Source of the DNA: a virus
Lineage: Duplodnaviria; Caudoviricetes
Length of the DNA stretch: 64,000 nucleotides
Virus record (IMG/VR): IMGVR_UViG_2767802758_000001
Coordinates: 1 to 64,000 of that record
Direction: 5' to 3' (one strand)
Made by a program: the position numbers and the translations under genes. The stretch's first letter is position 1. Every line of letters starts with the position of its first letter. This document shows positions 16,492-25,799 of the stretch, piece after piece. A model generated the notes under the pieces. The model was given only the letters and a program-made list of their open reading frames with translations, did no database searches and was not told the DNA's origin.

Positions 16492-16992
16492 CTATCCGAA
16501 AGCTCCGCGGGTTCTTCGCTGTGGTTTCGGGGGAAGAAATCGGTAAAGGGCTTTGCATGCACGACAACTGCCCAGGCCCTTATCGCCGCCTCCGAACTGG
16601 AGTATCGATTTCACCGATCCGTTATCCATACAGTGGGGGCAAAGGTGGTGCATAGGCTCTCCGTTCTGGCACGACTCCTTAAGGCGAAGGGTGAAAACTC
16701 CCGGGTATTCCTCGACCAGTTCATAGCGCCCACGCTCAGCAATACGCTTTTCAAGCTCTCGAACTCTGTCGGTCAGGTCGTCATTGCTTCTCAACAAAGA
16801 TCGCTCGCGCTCGGTGGACTCAAGGCTCTTGTTCTGCATGGCGATTACCTCTGCGCCGAGATGCATGAGCTGAATTTGAAGTTCATTGGTGGCCGCCGAG
16901 ACCTTTGCTTCATCCAGCGTTTCCACAGCAGTTTTGTACGCGGATGCACTTTGGGTCACGGCGGAAAAGATACCCATTAAATCCATGGCCAA
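16492..16992 (-). CDS. Coiled-coil + Zn-ribbon accessory protein
   Basis: CPHC...CRAC; reverse-oriented insert in the PR operon. Confidence 0.75.
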   Translation of the reverse strand: MAMDLMGIFSAVTQSASAYKTAVETLDEAKVSAATNELQIQLMHLGAEVIAMQNKSLESTERERSLLRSNDDLTDRVRELEKRIAERGRYELVEEYPGVFTLRLKESCQNGEPMHHLCPHCMDNGSVKSILQFGGGDKGLGSCRACKALYRFLPPKPQRRTRGAFG

Positions 16993-17051
16993 TTCCTTTC
17001 AAAAAGTTTAGTTACTCGCATTTCTAAGCATAGCTGATTGGAGTTGGCCAC

Positions 17052-17216
17052 TTAATGCAGCTCATGAGCAGGGCATGCAGGCTCGCTTAGGTCTTGCATG
17101 TCGCGCTCATCACACAGACGCACAAACAGTTGCATGACGGTTTGCTGCGTTGGTTCTTCAAAGGTACGCCGGGCGATGTCTTCAGCCTGGGTCAAGATTT
17201 TCTCGGTTTCGGTCAT
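17052..17216 (-). CDS. Small hypothetical protein (54 aa)
   Basis: Strong GGAG RBS before the ATG at 17216. Confidence 0.55.
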   Translation of the reverse strand: MTETEKILTQAEDIARRTFEEPTQQTVMQLFVRLCDERDMQDLSEPACPAHELH

Positions 17217-17299
17217 TAAAACTCCTTGTTCAGTTTCACCAGTTTGATCGAACCCACTTTCAATAGCATTCAACTCTTTTTGCATAGGACTGACTCCCA

Positions 17300-17611
17300 A
17301 TGAATGCCACCACAGCAGCACGGGTGGACAACCGCCCACAACGTCCAAGCATGGACCGCGCTTTCCGCCAGGCGCTGACAGATCCGTCCGTGAAGGCGAA
17401 AGCTAAAGAATGCCTGGGCTGGGATGAAAGTCAGGTCAGTCGGTTTTTGTCAGGTCAGATGGGCCTAACAATCGACAAGATCGACCAAGCCATTGAGGTT
17501 TTGGGCATGGTTGTGACAACTCCGTCCTATATCGATTTTCTGGCTTATGGAGCGCGTATCGGTGCGAATTGCCACTGTGTGCGCCAAGGGCTGGGGGAGT
17601 GCGGCAGATAG
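17300..17611 (+). CDS. CII-like HTH regulator
   Basis: KAKECLGWDESQVSRFLSG HTH; cII position after cro. Confidence 0.65.
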   Translation: MNATTAARVDNRPQRPSMDRAFRQALTDPSVKAKAKECLGWDESQVSRFLSGQMGLTIDKIDQAIEVLGMVVTTPSYIDFLAYGARIGANCHCVRQGLGECGR

Positions 17612-17613
17612 CC

Positions 17614-18024
17614 ATGAGTAAACAGACCTTCAATCTTGTGAGCCCGCAGGTGCGCCGCAATGCGGCCCATGCCATTGCGCACGCGCCTGACAACTATCGC
17701 GTGGAGATTCGTCCCCGTACTCGGTCGTTGGATCAAAACGCAATGATGTGGTCGATCCTGGCCGATCTGTCCAAGCAGGTTGATTGGATGGTCAATGGCG
17801 TGGCCACCAAGCTAGAAGCCGAAGAATGGAAGGATGTTCTATCGGCCAGCCTGAGCCAAGAGACGCGCATGTCCCAGGGTATCCGGGGCGGGATCGTGAT
17901 GCTGGGCCAGCGCACCAGCAAGATGACGGTGCGCCAGATGTCCGAGCTAATCGAGTTGGCCCTGTCATTCGGTACTGAGAAGGGCGTTCGCTGGTCGCCT
18001 ACGTCCTTGGGGAGCGGGTCATGA
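17614..18024 (+). CDS. ninB: NinB-family recombination protein
   Basis: RSLDQNAMMW...EEWKD...RTSKMTVRQMSELIE. Confidence 0.88.
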   Translation: MSKQTFNLVSPQVRRNAAHAIAHAPDNYRVEIRPRTRSLDQNAMMWSILADLSKQVDWMVNGVATKLEAEEWKDVLSASLSQETRMSQGIRGGIVMLGQRTSKMTVRQMSELIELALSFGTEKGVRWSPTSLGSGS

Positions 18025-18152
18025 AGTACTGGCAAATGTGGCTGATCATTTTTTATGTGTGCATCGCACAACTGGCTAGTGACGATGGCTTGATAGGGAT
18101 GGCCGTAGGTGCATTCCTGGCGGCTGTCGGTTTTGGGGTGGCACGACGATGA
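18021..18152 (+). CDS. Small membrane protein (43 aa, below the ORF-track cutoff)
   Basis: MKYWQMWLIIFYVCIAQ...; ATGA overlaps on both sides. Confidence 0.55.
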   Translation: MKYWQMWLIIFYVCIAQLASDDGLIGMAVGAFLAAVGFGVARR

Positions 18153-18604
18153 GAGCGTTCAACAGCACATTCAAAGCCCCGGCAAAGCCGATGCAGCGTA
18201 GCGCGTGGAAGCCAGCCAAGCCCAAGGCGATTAAGTCACGGGGCATGGAGGGCGCGGCAACCACGGCAGACCAGAAGCGATTCCACAGCATGATGGCCTC
18301 GCTCGGTTGCATCGCCTGCCATCTGGATAAGCGCTATCAGCCAGTCGTGAGCATCCACCATATCGATGGCCGCACCAAGCCGGATGCGCATTGGCTCGTT
18401 CTGCCTCTGTGCGCGGGCCACCACCAGGACGGAACAGGTGCGCCTGGACTGGTTGCCATCCATCCCTGGAAAAACAAGTTTGAGTCGATTTACAGCCCAC
18501 AGCGCAATTTGCTGCGCCTGTGCATACAAACACTGCTGGACCGTGGCGCCGTTGTTCCTGATGGCGCGCTGAGGGCGGCAAACATACTACAGGGGGACGC
18601 ATGA
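18149..18604 (+). CDS. Ref-family (P1 Ref/HNH-like) nuclease
   Basis: GCIAC...HHIDGR...LPLCAGHHQ Zn/HNH-like motifs. Confidence 0.8.
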   Translation: MRAFNSTFKAPAKPMQRSAWKPAKPKAIKSRGMEGAATTADQKRFHSMMASLGCIACHLDKRYQPVVSIHHIDGRTKPDAHWLVLPLCAGHHQDGTGAPGLVAIHPWKNKFESIYSPQRNLLRLCIQTLLDRGAVVPDGALRAANILQGDA

Positions 18605-19464
18605 AGCCCTTAGACACTATCAGGGCCATAGGCAGGCCAATCGCATACCACGCGGCTCTAGCCCGCCATGTCGGCGGTGTGGCTACGGCCATCTTCCTTG
18701 GCCAGCTGATGTACTGGGACGAGCGATCTACGGACGAGCGCGGCGTCCATAAGGAGTCAAAGCAGTGGGAAGATGAGACGGGCCTTTCCTATCGGGAGCA
18801 GGCTACGGCACGCAAGAAGCTACGCGATTTGGGGCTGCTTATTGAGACTCCTGAGCGTCTCAATCACCGCATCTACTACAAGCTGGATCGTGAGGCATTT
18901 AACGCATGGATTGAGTCTGTTTCCAAGGACTCGGAACCTGAAAATGGCGAATTGCGGAATGCGCATTTCCCGAACGACGAAAACGCAATTGGGGAACAAC
19001 ACATTCCGCATTTGGGGGATGACGCAAAACGCATTTCGTTAATAGAGAAGACTACTACAGAGATTACTACAGAGATTACAGAAACAAATATGTCCGGTTC
19101 TGCCGAACCGAACCGCCGTGTTCTGCCATCTGAAAAATTCCAGGAGTTCTGGCAGGCCTATCCAAGCACTGGGCGCAAGGTTGCCAAGGCGAAGTGCGCT
19201 CAGATCTGGAAAGCCCGAAAGCTGGACGAGGTTGCCGACGATATCTTGAGCCATCTGCTGGCCATCAAGACCACACCGCAATGGCTGGGAGGCTATGAGC
19301 CTGCGCCGTTGACGTACCTGAACCAACGCCGCTGGGAGGACGGTGTGCCAGTTAGCGCCCATGTCGCTTCCCGTTCGTCTGGTGGCTCGCTGTTTGAGCA
19401 AAACATGGCAGCCGCTGCGCATGCCAAGGCAATGATTTTTGGAGGTGGCAATGCAACAGGCTGA
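18601..19464 (+). CDS. Replication initiator (O-like)
   Basis: AIFLGQLMYW...ETGLSYREQATARKKL wHTH; internal CGCA(T/A)TT repeats at ~18960-19040 (candidate iterons). Confidence 0.8.
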   Translation: MKPLDTIRAIGRPIAYHAALARHVGGVATAIFLGQLMYWDERSTDERGVHKESKQWEDETGLSYREQATARKKLRDLGLLIETPERLNHRIYYKLDREAFNAWIESVSKDSEPENGELRNAHFPNDENAIGEQHIPHLGDDAKRISLIEKTTTEITTEITETNMSGSAEPNRRVLPSEKFQEFWQAYPSTGRKVAKAKCAQIWKARKLDEVADDILSHLLAIKTTPQWLGGYEPAPLTYLNQRRWEDGVPVSAHVASRSSGGSLFEQNMAAAAHAKAMIFGGGNATG

Positions 19465-20107
19465 TTTTGAGCAGTTCTCCCAAATGCTGAATGCGGCTGC
19501 GGACCTTTACGGGAAAACTATGTCCGGCATGGCGATTTCGTTGTGGTGGAATGCCCTGAGTCAGTATGACCTGAGTGCCGTGCGTGACGGCCTCAGTCGA
19601 CACATGCAGAGTCCCGACTCAGGCCAGTTTATGCCTAAGCCAGCTGATGTGATTCGGATGATCGGAGGCACCACGCAGGACGGCGCGCTGCAGGCCTGGG
19701 CGAAGGTAAATACGGCAGTGCGCAGTGTTGGCACTTACCAGACGGTGGCCTTTGATGATCCGATTATTCACGCCGTTGTGACGGATATGGGCGGGTGGGT
19801 AGCCTTGGGCACCAAGACCGAGCATGAGTGGCCGTTTGTTGCCAAGGAGTTCGAGAACCGCTATCGCGGCTATCGGAATCGTGGTGGGGCCGATGAATAC
19901 CCACGCACGTTGATTGGAATTGCCGAAGCGCAGAACTCTCAGAACGGGCTCCGATCGCAGCCGCCTGTACTGATTGGTGATGCTGCCCGTGCAAAACAGG
20001 TGCTTCTGGGTGGTTCCGATAGTCCTCGCATTGGGTTTCAGCAGCTTGGTGAGCAGGAGTTGGGCGCTGTGATGATTGACGCTGAGCCTCGGAGGCTGCA
20101 GGCATGA
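19451..20107 (+). CDS. DUF6475-like replication accessory (helicase-loader position)
   Basis: FMPKPADVIR, AW..V..AVR.VG.Y..VAFDDP motifs; follows the O-like gene. Confidence 0.75.
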   Translation: MQQADFEQFSQMLNAAADLYGKTMSGMAISLWWNALSQYDLSAVRDGLSRHMQSPDSGQFMPKPADVIRMIGGTTQDGALQAWAKVNTAVRSVGTYQTVAFDDPIIHAVVTDMGGWVALGTKTEHEWPFVAKEFENRYRGYRNRGGADEYPRTLIGIAEAQNSQNGLRSQPPVLIGDAARAKQVLLGGSDSPRIGFQQLGEQELGAVMIDAEPRRLQA

Positions 20108-20439
20108 AGCGCAAGTACGGAAACCGCAAGACGATAATCGACGGCATTCAGTTTCCCAGCAAGCTGGAAGCCGCCCGCTACCAGCAACTGAAACTGCTGG
20201 AACGGGCAGGGCAGATCACCGACCTGGAGCTGCAGCCCCGTTTCGAGCTGATCCCCAAGCAGCGCCGAGATGATGGAAAGCCGGAAAGAGCGTGTGAGTA
20301 CGTGGCCGACTTCCAGTATACGGACACCGCCACTGGCCGGCTCGTGATTGAAGATGCAAAAGGCGTTCGCACTGATACTTACGTTATCAAGCGGAAATTG
20401 TTGCTCCAGGTCCACGGGATAACAGTACGGGAGGTTTGA
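20104..20439 (+). CDS. DUF1064-family PD-(D/E)xK nuclease
   Basis: KYGNRKT.IDGIQFPSKLEA.RY...YVADF.Y...IEDAKG. Confidence 0.88.
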   Translation: MKRKYGNRKTIIDGIQFPSKLEAARYQQLKLLERAGQITDLELQPRFELIPKQRRDDGKPERACEYVADFQYTDTATGRLVIEDAKGVRTDTYVIKRKLLLQVHGITVREV

Positions 20440-20440
20440 T

Positions 20441-20611
20441 ATGCCATACCCAAGCTGGATGTACCAAGACCCATCGAAGCATGTGGATTTTGTGCGCCGA
20501 AAGCGGCAAGAGCACCAGGAGCGGCAGCCCGAGGCAAAACGTGAACGGGCGCGGGAAGGGCTGAAAGCATTATTCGGGGAGGGCAGCCATGCAAAAACTG
20601 AGCGGCGATGA
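20441..20611 (+). CDS. Small basic hypothetical protein (56 aa)
   Basis: MPYPSWMYQDPSKHV... with GGAGG RBS; translated by hand. Confidence 0.55.
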   Translation: MPYPSWMYQDPSKHVDFVRRKRQEHQERQPEAKRERAREGLKALFGEGSHAKTERR

Positions 20612-20948
20612 CTTGCTTTGGAATTGGGCCCGCTGGTGCTGGTCAGGCGAGACGGTCGGGAATATGGAGCGGTATGTGCCCTGGGAGGATGATTGCCGTC
20701 CGATCAACCAAGACCACGCCCAGGCTGTGGACGCTCTGTACCAACTCTTGCCTCGTTATCAGGCCATGGTGGTGCAGGCTGAGTACACCCGGAAGAACTC
20801 GCACTTTGGCAACCTGTCGGCATCAGAGCGCCTGGTGGTGGCTCGCCGGTGGATTCGCCAGATCACCGGAGCCATATTGCGGGACGAAGATTACAAGCGG
20901 CACCTGGAGGGATTCAGGGCCAAGGTAGAAAAGGAGGTGTTGCAATGA
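20589..20948 (+). CDS. Putative late-gene regulator (Q-like)
   Basis: LLWNWARW motif; Q position; paralogue at 53272..53652. Confidence 0.55.
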   Translation: MQKLSGDDLLWNWARWCWSGETVGNMERYVPWEDDCRPINQDHAQAVDALYQLLPRYQAMVVQAEYTRKNSHFGNLSASERLVVARRWIRQITGAILRDEDYKRHLEGFRAKVEKEVLQ

Positions 20949-21253
20949 AGTATGCGTCGGAGGTGATTGATTTGCTGGCGGCGTATCCGAATCGGGCCTT
21001 CAAGATGATTCAGATCGTGCGTCACGTGGCTGACGGCCATCCAGAAAGCCCCAAGGAATGGGAGCGTGTTCGCAAAGGGGTGCGCCGTGTCCTGGACAGC
21101 TTGGAAGAGAGCGGGCAGGTCAGTTCAAACCGGATCGGGGCAGCGAATGGTGGCTCCGCCCTCTACCAGTGGAAACCGGGACATGAACTTCTGGCAAACC
21201 GGGACAGAAACCGGGACAATATCAGCAAGCACAACTGTGCCTGTAGGTTTTGA
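20945..21253 (+). CDS. wHTH-like hypothetical protein
   Basis: MKYASEVIDLLAAYP...; paralogue at 53649..53897. Confidence 0.65.
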   Translation: MKYASEVIDLLAAYPNRAFKMIQIVRHVADGHPESPKEWERVRKGVRRVLDSLEESGQVSSNRIGAANGGSALYQWKPGHELLANRDRNRDNISKHNCACRF

Positions 21254-21258
21254 ACAGC

Positions 21259-21288
21259 CCCGCCCATCGAAAGATCGGCGGGTTTTTT
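21259..21288 (+). terminator. Intrinsic terminator before the late genes
   Basis: CCGCC...GGCGG stem followed by TTTTTT. Confidence 0.7.
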
Positions 21289-21353
21289 AGGGTAGTTGGT
21301 CCAACTGACTGGCATCGGGCATACTGGGACTTCTCTTTAACCAGGAGCCTGAT

Positions 21354-21545
21354 ATGACAAGAAAGTTTGTGAGTATTGTTCCGCACCAAATGCCAGACGA
21401 CCTTGGAACGGTGCTTTATGCGGTAGCAGATGATGGAACTGCTTGGAGGGCCAAGCAGTATCCACGAGGAAGTTTACCGGATGAGCCTTGGGTCCAGATA
21501 CCGGGCCTGCCTGAGGATGACGGGCTCTCCGGAACGTATATATAG
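21354..21545 (+). CDS. Small accessory protein (63 aa)
   Basis: AGGAG RBS; flanked by terminator hairpins. Confidence 0.6.
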   Translation: MTRKFVSIVPHQMPDDLGTVLYAVADDGTAWRAKQYPRGSLPDEPWVQIPGLPEDDGLSGTYI

Positions 21546-21590
21546 TCTGTCTGCTAGTTATGTCTCCGCCTCCGGGCGGTTTTTTTATGG

Positions 21591-22226
21591 ATGAAAGAAA
21601 TGGCCCTGCCAGCGAGACCATGCCAGCCTGCTGATTTGGTTGGTGAGGAGGCACAGCTATTTCTTACGCTTCGGCCCGCGCCAGAGATCGGCGAATGGGT
21701 GCAGCGAAATATTCTGGCCGATGATGGGCCTATCCATAACCCCGACCACTCCCACCTGATTGAGGCTGATCTGTGCTTCCTGTGGGCATCAACAGCTTTC
21801 ACAAAGCAAGGGCGTACGGTCTTGGGCCAATGCGAGCAAGTGATGTTCCGCGCCGGGGGCTGGCAGAAAGCCCGTCAAGAGCAACAGATGCGTGAATGGT
21901 TCGGCTACGTGCCGCAGTTCATCATCACTCTAGCGGCCGATTACTGCTCTCAGTGCAGCGACGTCGAGTTCTGCGCACTGGTCGAGCATGAGTTGATGCA
22001 CATCGGCCAGCAGATGGATGAGTTCGGCTCACCCAAGTTCGATAAAGAAGGATTCCCCAAGCTCTGCATGGTCGGTCACGACGTGGAAGAGTTCATCGGG
22101 GTGGTCCAGCGCTACGGCTCATCTCAAGATGTGCAACGGCTGATTGATGCAGCCAAGGCGGGCCCATCAGTGGCAAGAGCCAACATCGCACATGCATGCG
22201 GCACCTGTTTAAAGGTCGCTGCCTAA
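21591..22226 (+). CDS. Putative phage metallopeptidase
   Basis: HELMH (HExxH) motif, HDVEEF, C-terminal CGTC. Confidence 0.85.
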   Translation: MKEMALPARPCQPADLVGEEAQLFLTLRPAPEIGEWVQRNILADDGPIHNPDHSHLIEADLCFLWASTAFTKQGRTVLGQCEQVMFRAGGWQKARQEQQMREWFGYVPQFIITLAADYCSQCSDVEFCALVEHELMHIGQQMDEFGSPKFDKEGFPKLCMVGHDVEEFIGVVQRYGSSQDVQRLIDAAKAGPSVARANIAHACGTCLKVAA

Positions 22227-22256
22227 CATAGACACAAGCTAGACGGATTTCACATT

Positions 22257-22730
22257 ATGGCAAAGCTCAGTGAGGCCGCGCAGCGCTTCATTGTGCAAGC
22301 GCTTGCGTGCTACGACACGCCTACTCAAGTTGCAGAGGCGGTCAAGGAAGAATTTGGTATCGACGTTCCGCGCAACCAGGTGGGGCAGTATGACCCGACG
22401 AAGGTATCTGGCCGCCAGTTGTCGAAGAAGTGGAGCGACCTGTTCCACGACACGCGAGCGCAGTTTCGTAAGGAAGTGGCAGAGATCCCGATTGCTGATC
22501 AGGCTTTCCGCCTGCGCCAGCTTCACCGTATGGCGAACGAGGCGATGCGCCGTAAGAACATTGTCCTGGCCGCATCCCTAATGGAGCAAGCTGCCAAGGA
22601 AATGGGCGGCATGTTCACCAATAAGCGGGAGCTGAGCGGCCCAGGCGGGAAGCCCATGGAACATAGAACGGTGGTGGTCGATGAAAAATCAGTCGCTGCC
22701 GCCGTCTCAGCACTTGAAGATGAGTACTGA
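22257..22730 (+). CDS. terS: Terminase small subunit (DUF2280-like)
   Basis: FIVQALACYDTP.QVAEAVKEEFG...YDPTK; directly upstream of TerL. Confidence 0.85.
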   Translation: MAKLSEAAQRFIVQALACYDTPTQVAEAVKEEFGIDVPRNQVGQYDPTKVSGRQLSKKWSDLFHDTRAQFRKEVAEIPIADQAFRLRQLHRMANEAMRRKNIVLAASLMEQAAKEMGGMFTNKRELSGPGGKPMEHRTVVVDEKSVAAAVSALEDEY

Positions 22731-24207
22731 TGTTGATCCTGATGTCCTGCGCCAAGTAGCAAAGGTCCGCTGTCAGGACGAGGGGCTTTTCTTTGCCCGA
22801 TACTTCTTTAAGCAGCGCACTGGTGGAAAGATGATCGTGGCCCCGCACCACAAGGTGATCCAGCAAACGCTTGATCGTGTGGTGGCTGGTGAGATTACAC
22901 GCCTGATCATCAATGTCCCCCCTGGGTACACCAAGACTGAGCTGGCCACGATCAATATGATCGGGCGCGGCCTGGCGCTGAACAATCGCGCCCGGTTCAT
23001 GCACCTGTCGTACTCGCACAATCTGGCGCTGCTGAACTCAAGTACGGTGCGGGGCATTGTTAAGTCTCAGGCTTATCAAAGCATGTGGCCCATGGTGCTG
23101 CGCGACGATGCGGACAGCAAGGGTATGTGGTGGACCGAGCATGGTGGTGGTGTGTATGCGTCGTCCGCTGCTGGTCAGGTCACTGGCTTTCGCGCTGGGC
23201 ATATGGAGCCAGGCTGGCAAGGGGCGCTGATCATTGACGATCCGGTCAAGCCTGATGATGCATACAGCGATACGGTGCGCGGCGGCATTAACGACCGATT
23301 CAATGAAACGATTAAATCCCGGCTGGCGATTGAAACCACGCCGATGATCGTGATCATGCAGCGGATTCACTACCAGGACCTGAGCGGCTATTTGCTGCGT
23401 GGCGGGTCCGGGGAAAAGTGGCACCACCTGAATCTGCCGGTGATCATTGACAACAGCCTGCCTTATCCGGAAGAGAACACGCACGGCATCCCGATTGACC
23501 ATGGCCTTCCTGATGGGTGGCTCTGGCCTTTCAAGCACAACGAATCACACCGGACTGCGCTGTTTTCTCACCGGCGAACTGCAGAGGCGCAGTATATGCA
23601 GCGCCCACGGCGATTCAATGCCGAGGGGGCGCTGTGGACTGAGGCGCTGATTACAGCCGCTCATGCTTTGCAGATCAGGCATGAGCTCGTACGCACGGTG
23701 GTGGCGGTTGACCCGGCCACGACTGCAAGCGACGAAAGCGACGAGACCGGCATTGTGGTGGCCAGCTCCTACGGATCAGGCGACAACCGCCAGTATTCGG
23801 TAGATGGTGACTACAGCGGCAAGTACAGCCCGAACGGCTGGGCGCAGAAGGCCATCGGTGCATACGAGCAGCACAATGCCGACGCTATCGTCATCGAGAC
23901 GAACCAGGGCGGCGATATGGCTGAGTCCACGCTGCGCAATGCTGGATTCAAGGGCCGCATCGTGCGTGTCCATGCCAGCAAAGGCAAGTTCGCCCGAGCT
24001 GAGCCTATCTCAGCACTCTACGAGCAGGGCCGGGTGGCGCATAAAGGCGCTCTGTACCTACTCGAAAACCAACTTATGGAATATGTGCCAGCAACGGCCA
24101 AGAAATCGCCCGACCGGCTCGATGCCATGGTCTGGGCGCTGACTGAGCTGGGCGGCACACAAGCCGTGGGCCTGATGATTCCAAAGCGCCTACTTCAAGG
24201 CAGATAA
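22720..24207 (+). CDS. terL: Terminase large subunit
   Basis: Walker A-like PPGYTKT, Walker B IIDDP, nuclease VAVDPA and C-terminal PDRLDA. Confidence 0.95.
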   Translation: MSTDVDPDVLRQVAKVRCQDEGLFFARYFFKQRTGGKMIVAPHHKVIQQTLDRVVAGEITRLIINVPPGYTKTELATINMIGRGLALNNRARFMHLSYSHNLALLNSSTVRGIVKSQAYQSMWPMVLRDDADSKGMWWTEHGGGVYASSAAGQVTGFRAGHMEPGWQGALIIDDPVKPDDAYSDTVRGGINDRFNETIKSRLAIETTPMIVIMQRIHYQDLSGYLLRGGSGEKWHHLNLPVIIDNSLPYPEENTHGIPIDHGLPDGWLWPFKHNESHRTALFSHRRTAEAQYMQRPRRFNAEGALWTEALITAAHALQIRHELVRTVVAVDPATTASDESDETGIVVASSYGSGDNRQYSVDGDYSGKYSPNGWAQKAIGAYEQHNADAIVIETNQGGDMAESTLRNAGFKGRIVRVHASKGKFARAEPISALYEQGRVAHKGALYLLENQLMEYVPATAKKSPDRLDAMVWALTELGGTQAVGLMIPKRLLQGR

Positions 24208-24432
24208 ATGGCAATTTTCAATGTTTCAGCGCGAGACGGCAGCGTTTCGCTGGTTATCCGTGCGCGCTGCATGTCCTGTGCGCGGCAATTGGCGGCTGAT
24301 CGGTCGCCTGTGCATGAAAAGCGCTTGTGGCGCGATCCTGATCTTTCCAGCGTCGAGCTGGTCGGCCATCCGGAGCGCCTGGGCTATTTCAGCGAAGGCA
24401 TGAACGGGATACTTAAGCGGATTACGACATGA
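24208..24432 (+). CDS. Hypothetical protein (74 aa)
   Basis: Fills the TerL-portal gap exactly, ATGA overlap. Confidence 0.6.
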   Translation: MAIFNVSARDGSVSLVIRARCMSCARQLAADRSPVHEKRLWRDPDLSSVELVGHPERLGYFSEGMNGILKRITT

Positions 24433-25799
24433 CGGCAAGCAATCTACAACTGGCGGTGAATCATGCCATGCATGACGCCGCGTTGGCGCGTGCCCGTATG
24501 AATCTGCTTAATCCCTTAGGCATGGGGCTGGACGATAAGCGGGCTGCTGCCTGGTGCGAGTACGGCTTTAAGCAAAACCTGGACTTTCACGACTTTTATA
24601 AGCTGTATCGCCGCAACGGGCTGGCCAGTGGTGCCGTAGAGAAGTTGGCCGGGACTTGTTGGAAAACAAACCCTTGGGTAATTGAGGGTGACGAAGAGGA
24701 TGAGTCGCGCAAAGAGACGGACTGGGAAAAGAAAACAACGCGAGTTCTGACGGCCCGGTTGTGGCGTCGTTTTCGTGAAGCCGATGCCAGACGCCTAGTT
24801 GGCCGTTACTCCGGTCTTGTTTTGCGAGTCAAGGACAGCGGCAAATGGCATGAGCCAGTCAAGGGCGGCTCCAAGGCCCTTGTCGATGTGGTGCCGGTGT
24901 GGGCTGCAACGCTACGGGTATCAGAGTGGGATACCGATCTGTCATCAGAGAATTACGGCAAGCCCAAGTTCTGGAGCTATGTAGAGCAGAGCACAAACGG
25001 GCAGCCTGGGCGAAACATCAAGATTCACCCTGACCGCGTGTTCATCTTGGGCGATTACGCAGGTGACGCCATCGGTTTTCTTGAGCCCGTCTATAACAAC
25101 TTTGTGTCGCTGGAAAAGGTGGAGGGCGGCTCGGGTGAGTCGTTCTTAAAGAATGCAGCCCGCCAGCTCAACATCAATTTCGATAAAGAGATCGGCTTCG
25201 ACAATCTCGCCTCGATGTACGGCGTATCCGTCGATCAGCTGCAAGAGCGATTCAACGAAGCTGCGAAAGAGGTCAACCGTGGCAATGACGTACTCCTGAC
25301 CACGCAGGGGGCAGCGGTCACACCATTGGTCTCAGCAGTTCCAGACCCCGGGCCAACCTACAACATCAACCTGCAGACCATTTCTGCTGGCCTGGACATT
25401 CCAAGCCGTGTTCTGGTGGGTAATCAGCAAGGTGAGAGGGCCAGCAGCGAGGACTTGAAATTTTTCTACTCACGCTGCCAGTCGCGCCGCATGGATCTGT
25501 CTTTTGAGATCGAGGATTTGGTTGACCACTTGGTGCGCATTGGCGTGCTTGATGCCACGGGCGAAAAGACGGTGATGTGGGATGACCTCACGGAGCAGAC
25601 CTTTGCCGAGCGGCTGGATAACGCCGCCAAAATGAGCACGATCAACCAGACCGCTTTGGCGACGGGTGAGGAAGTGTTCAGCAACGACGAGATACGGGTT
25701 GCTGGTGGCTTTGACCCTAAAGACAGCGAGCCGTTAGATGAAGGCGACGATAAGGACGAGGATGACGGCGAAACCGAAACCCGCGATCCTTCCCCGTGA
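24429..25799 (+). CDS. Portal protein (DUF1073-like)
   Basis: 456 aa, position after TerL; YRRNGLA.GAVEK; GSGESF.KNAAR. Confidence 0.88.
   Translation: MTASNLQLAVNHAMHDAALARARMNLLNPLGMGLDDKRAAAWCEYGFKQNLDFHDFYKLYRRNGLASGAVEKLAGTCWKTNPWVIEGDEEDESRKETDWEKKTTRVLTARLWRRFREADARRLVGRYSGLVLRVKDSGKWHEPVKGGSKALVDVVPVWAATLRVSEWDTDLSSENYGKPKFWSYVEQSTNGQPGRNIKIHPDRVFILGDYAGDAIGFLEPVYNNFVSLEKVEGGSGESFLKNAARQLNINFDKEIGFDNLASMYGVSVDQLQERFNEAAKEVNRGNDVLLTTQGAAVTPLVSAVPDPGPTYNINLQTISAGLDIPSRVLVGNQQGERASSEDLKFFYSRCQSRRMDLSFEIEDLVDHLVRIGVLDATGEKTVMWDDLTEQTFAERLDNAAKMSTINQTALATGEEVFSNDEIRVAGGFDPKDSEPLDEGDDKDEDDGETETRDPSP

Noticed and set aside
16468-16980. 170-aa plus-strand ORF after cro
   Set aside because: Fully antisense to 16492..16992, which has coherent Zn-ribbon motifs and an RBS
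24429-25799. Possible Acb1 anti-CBASS label sometimes attached to this portal family
   Set aside because: Size, position and motifs indicate a portal; no pair of HxT phosphodiesterase motifs was recognised
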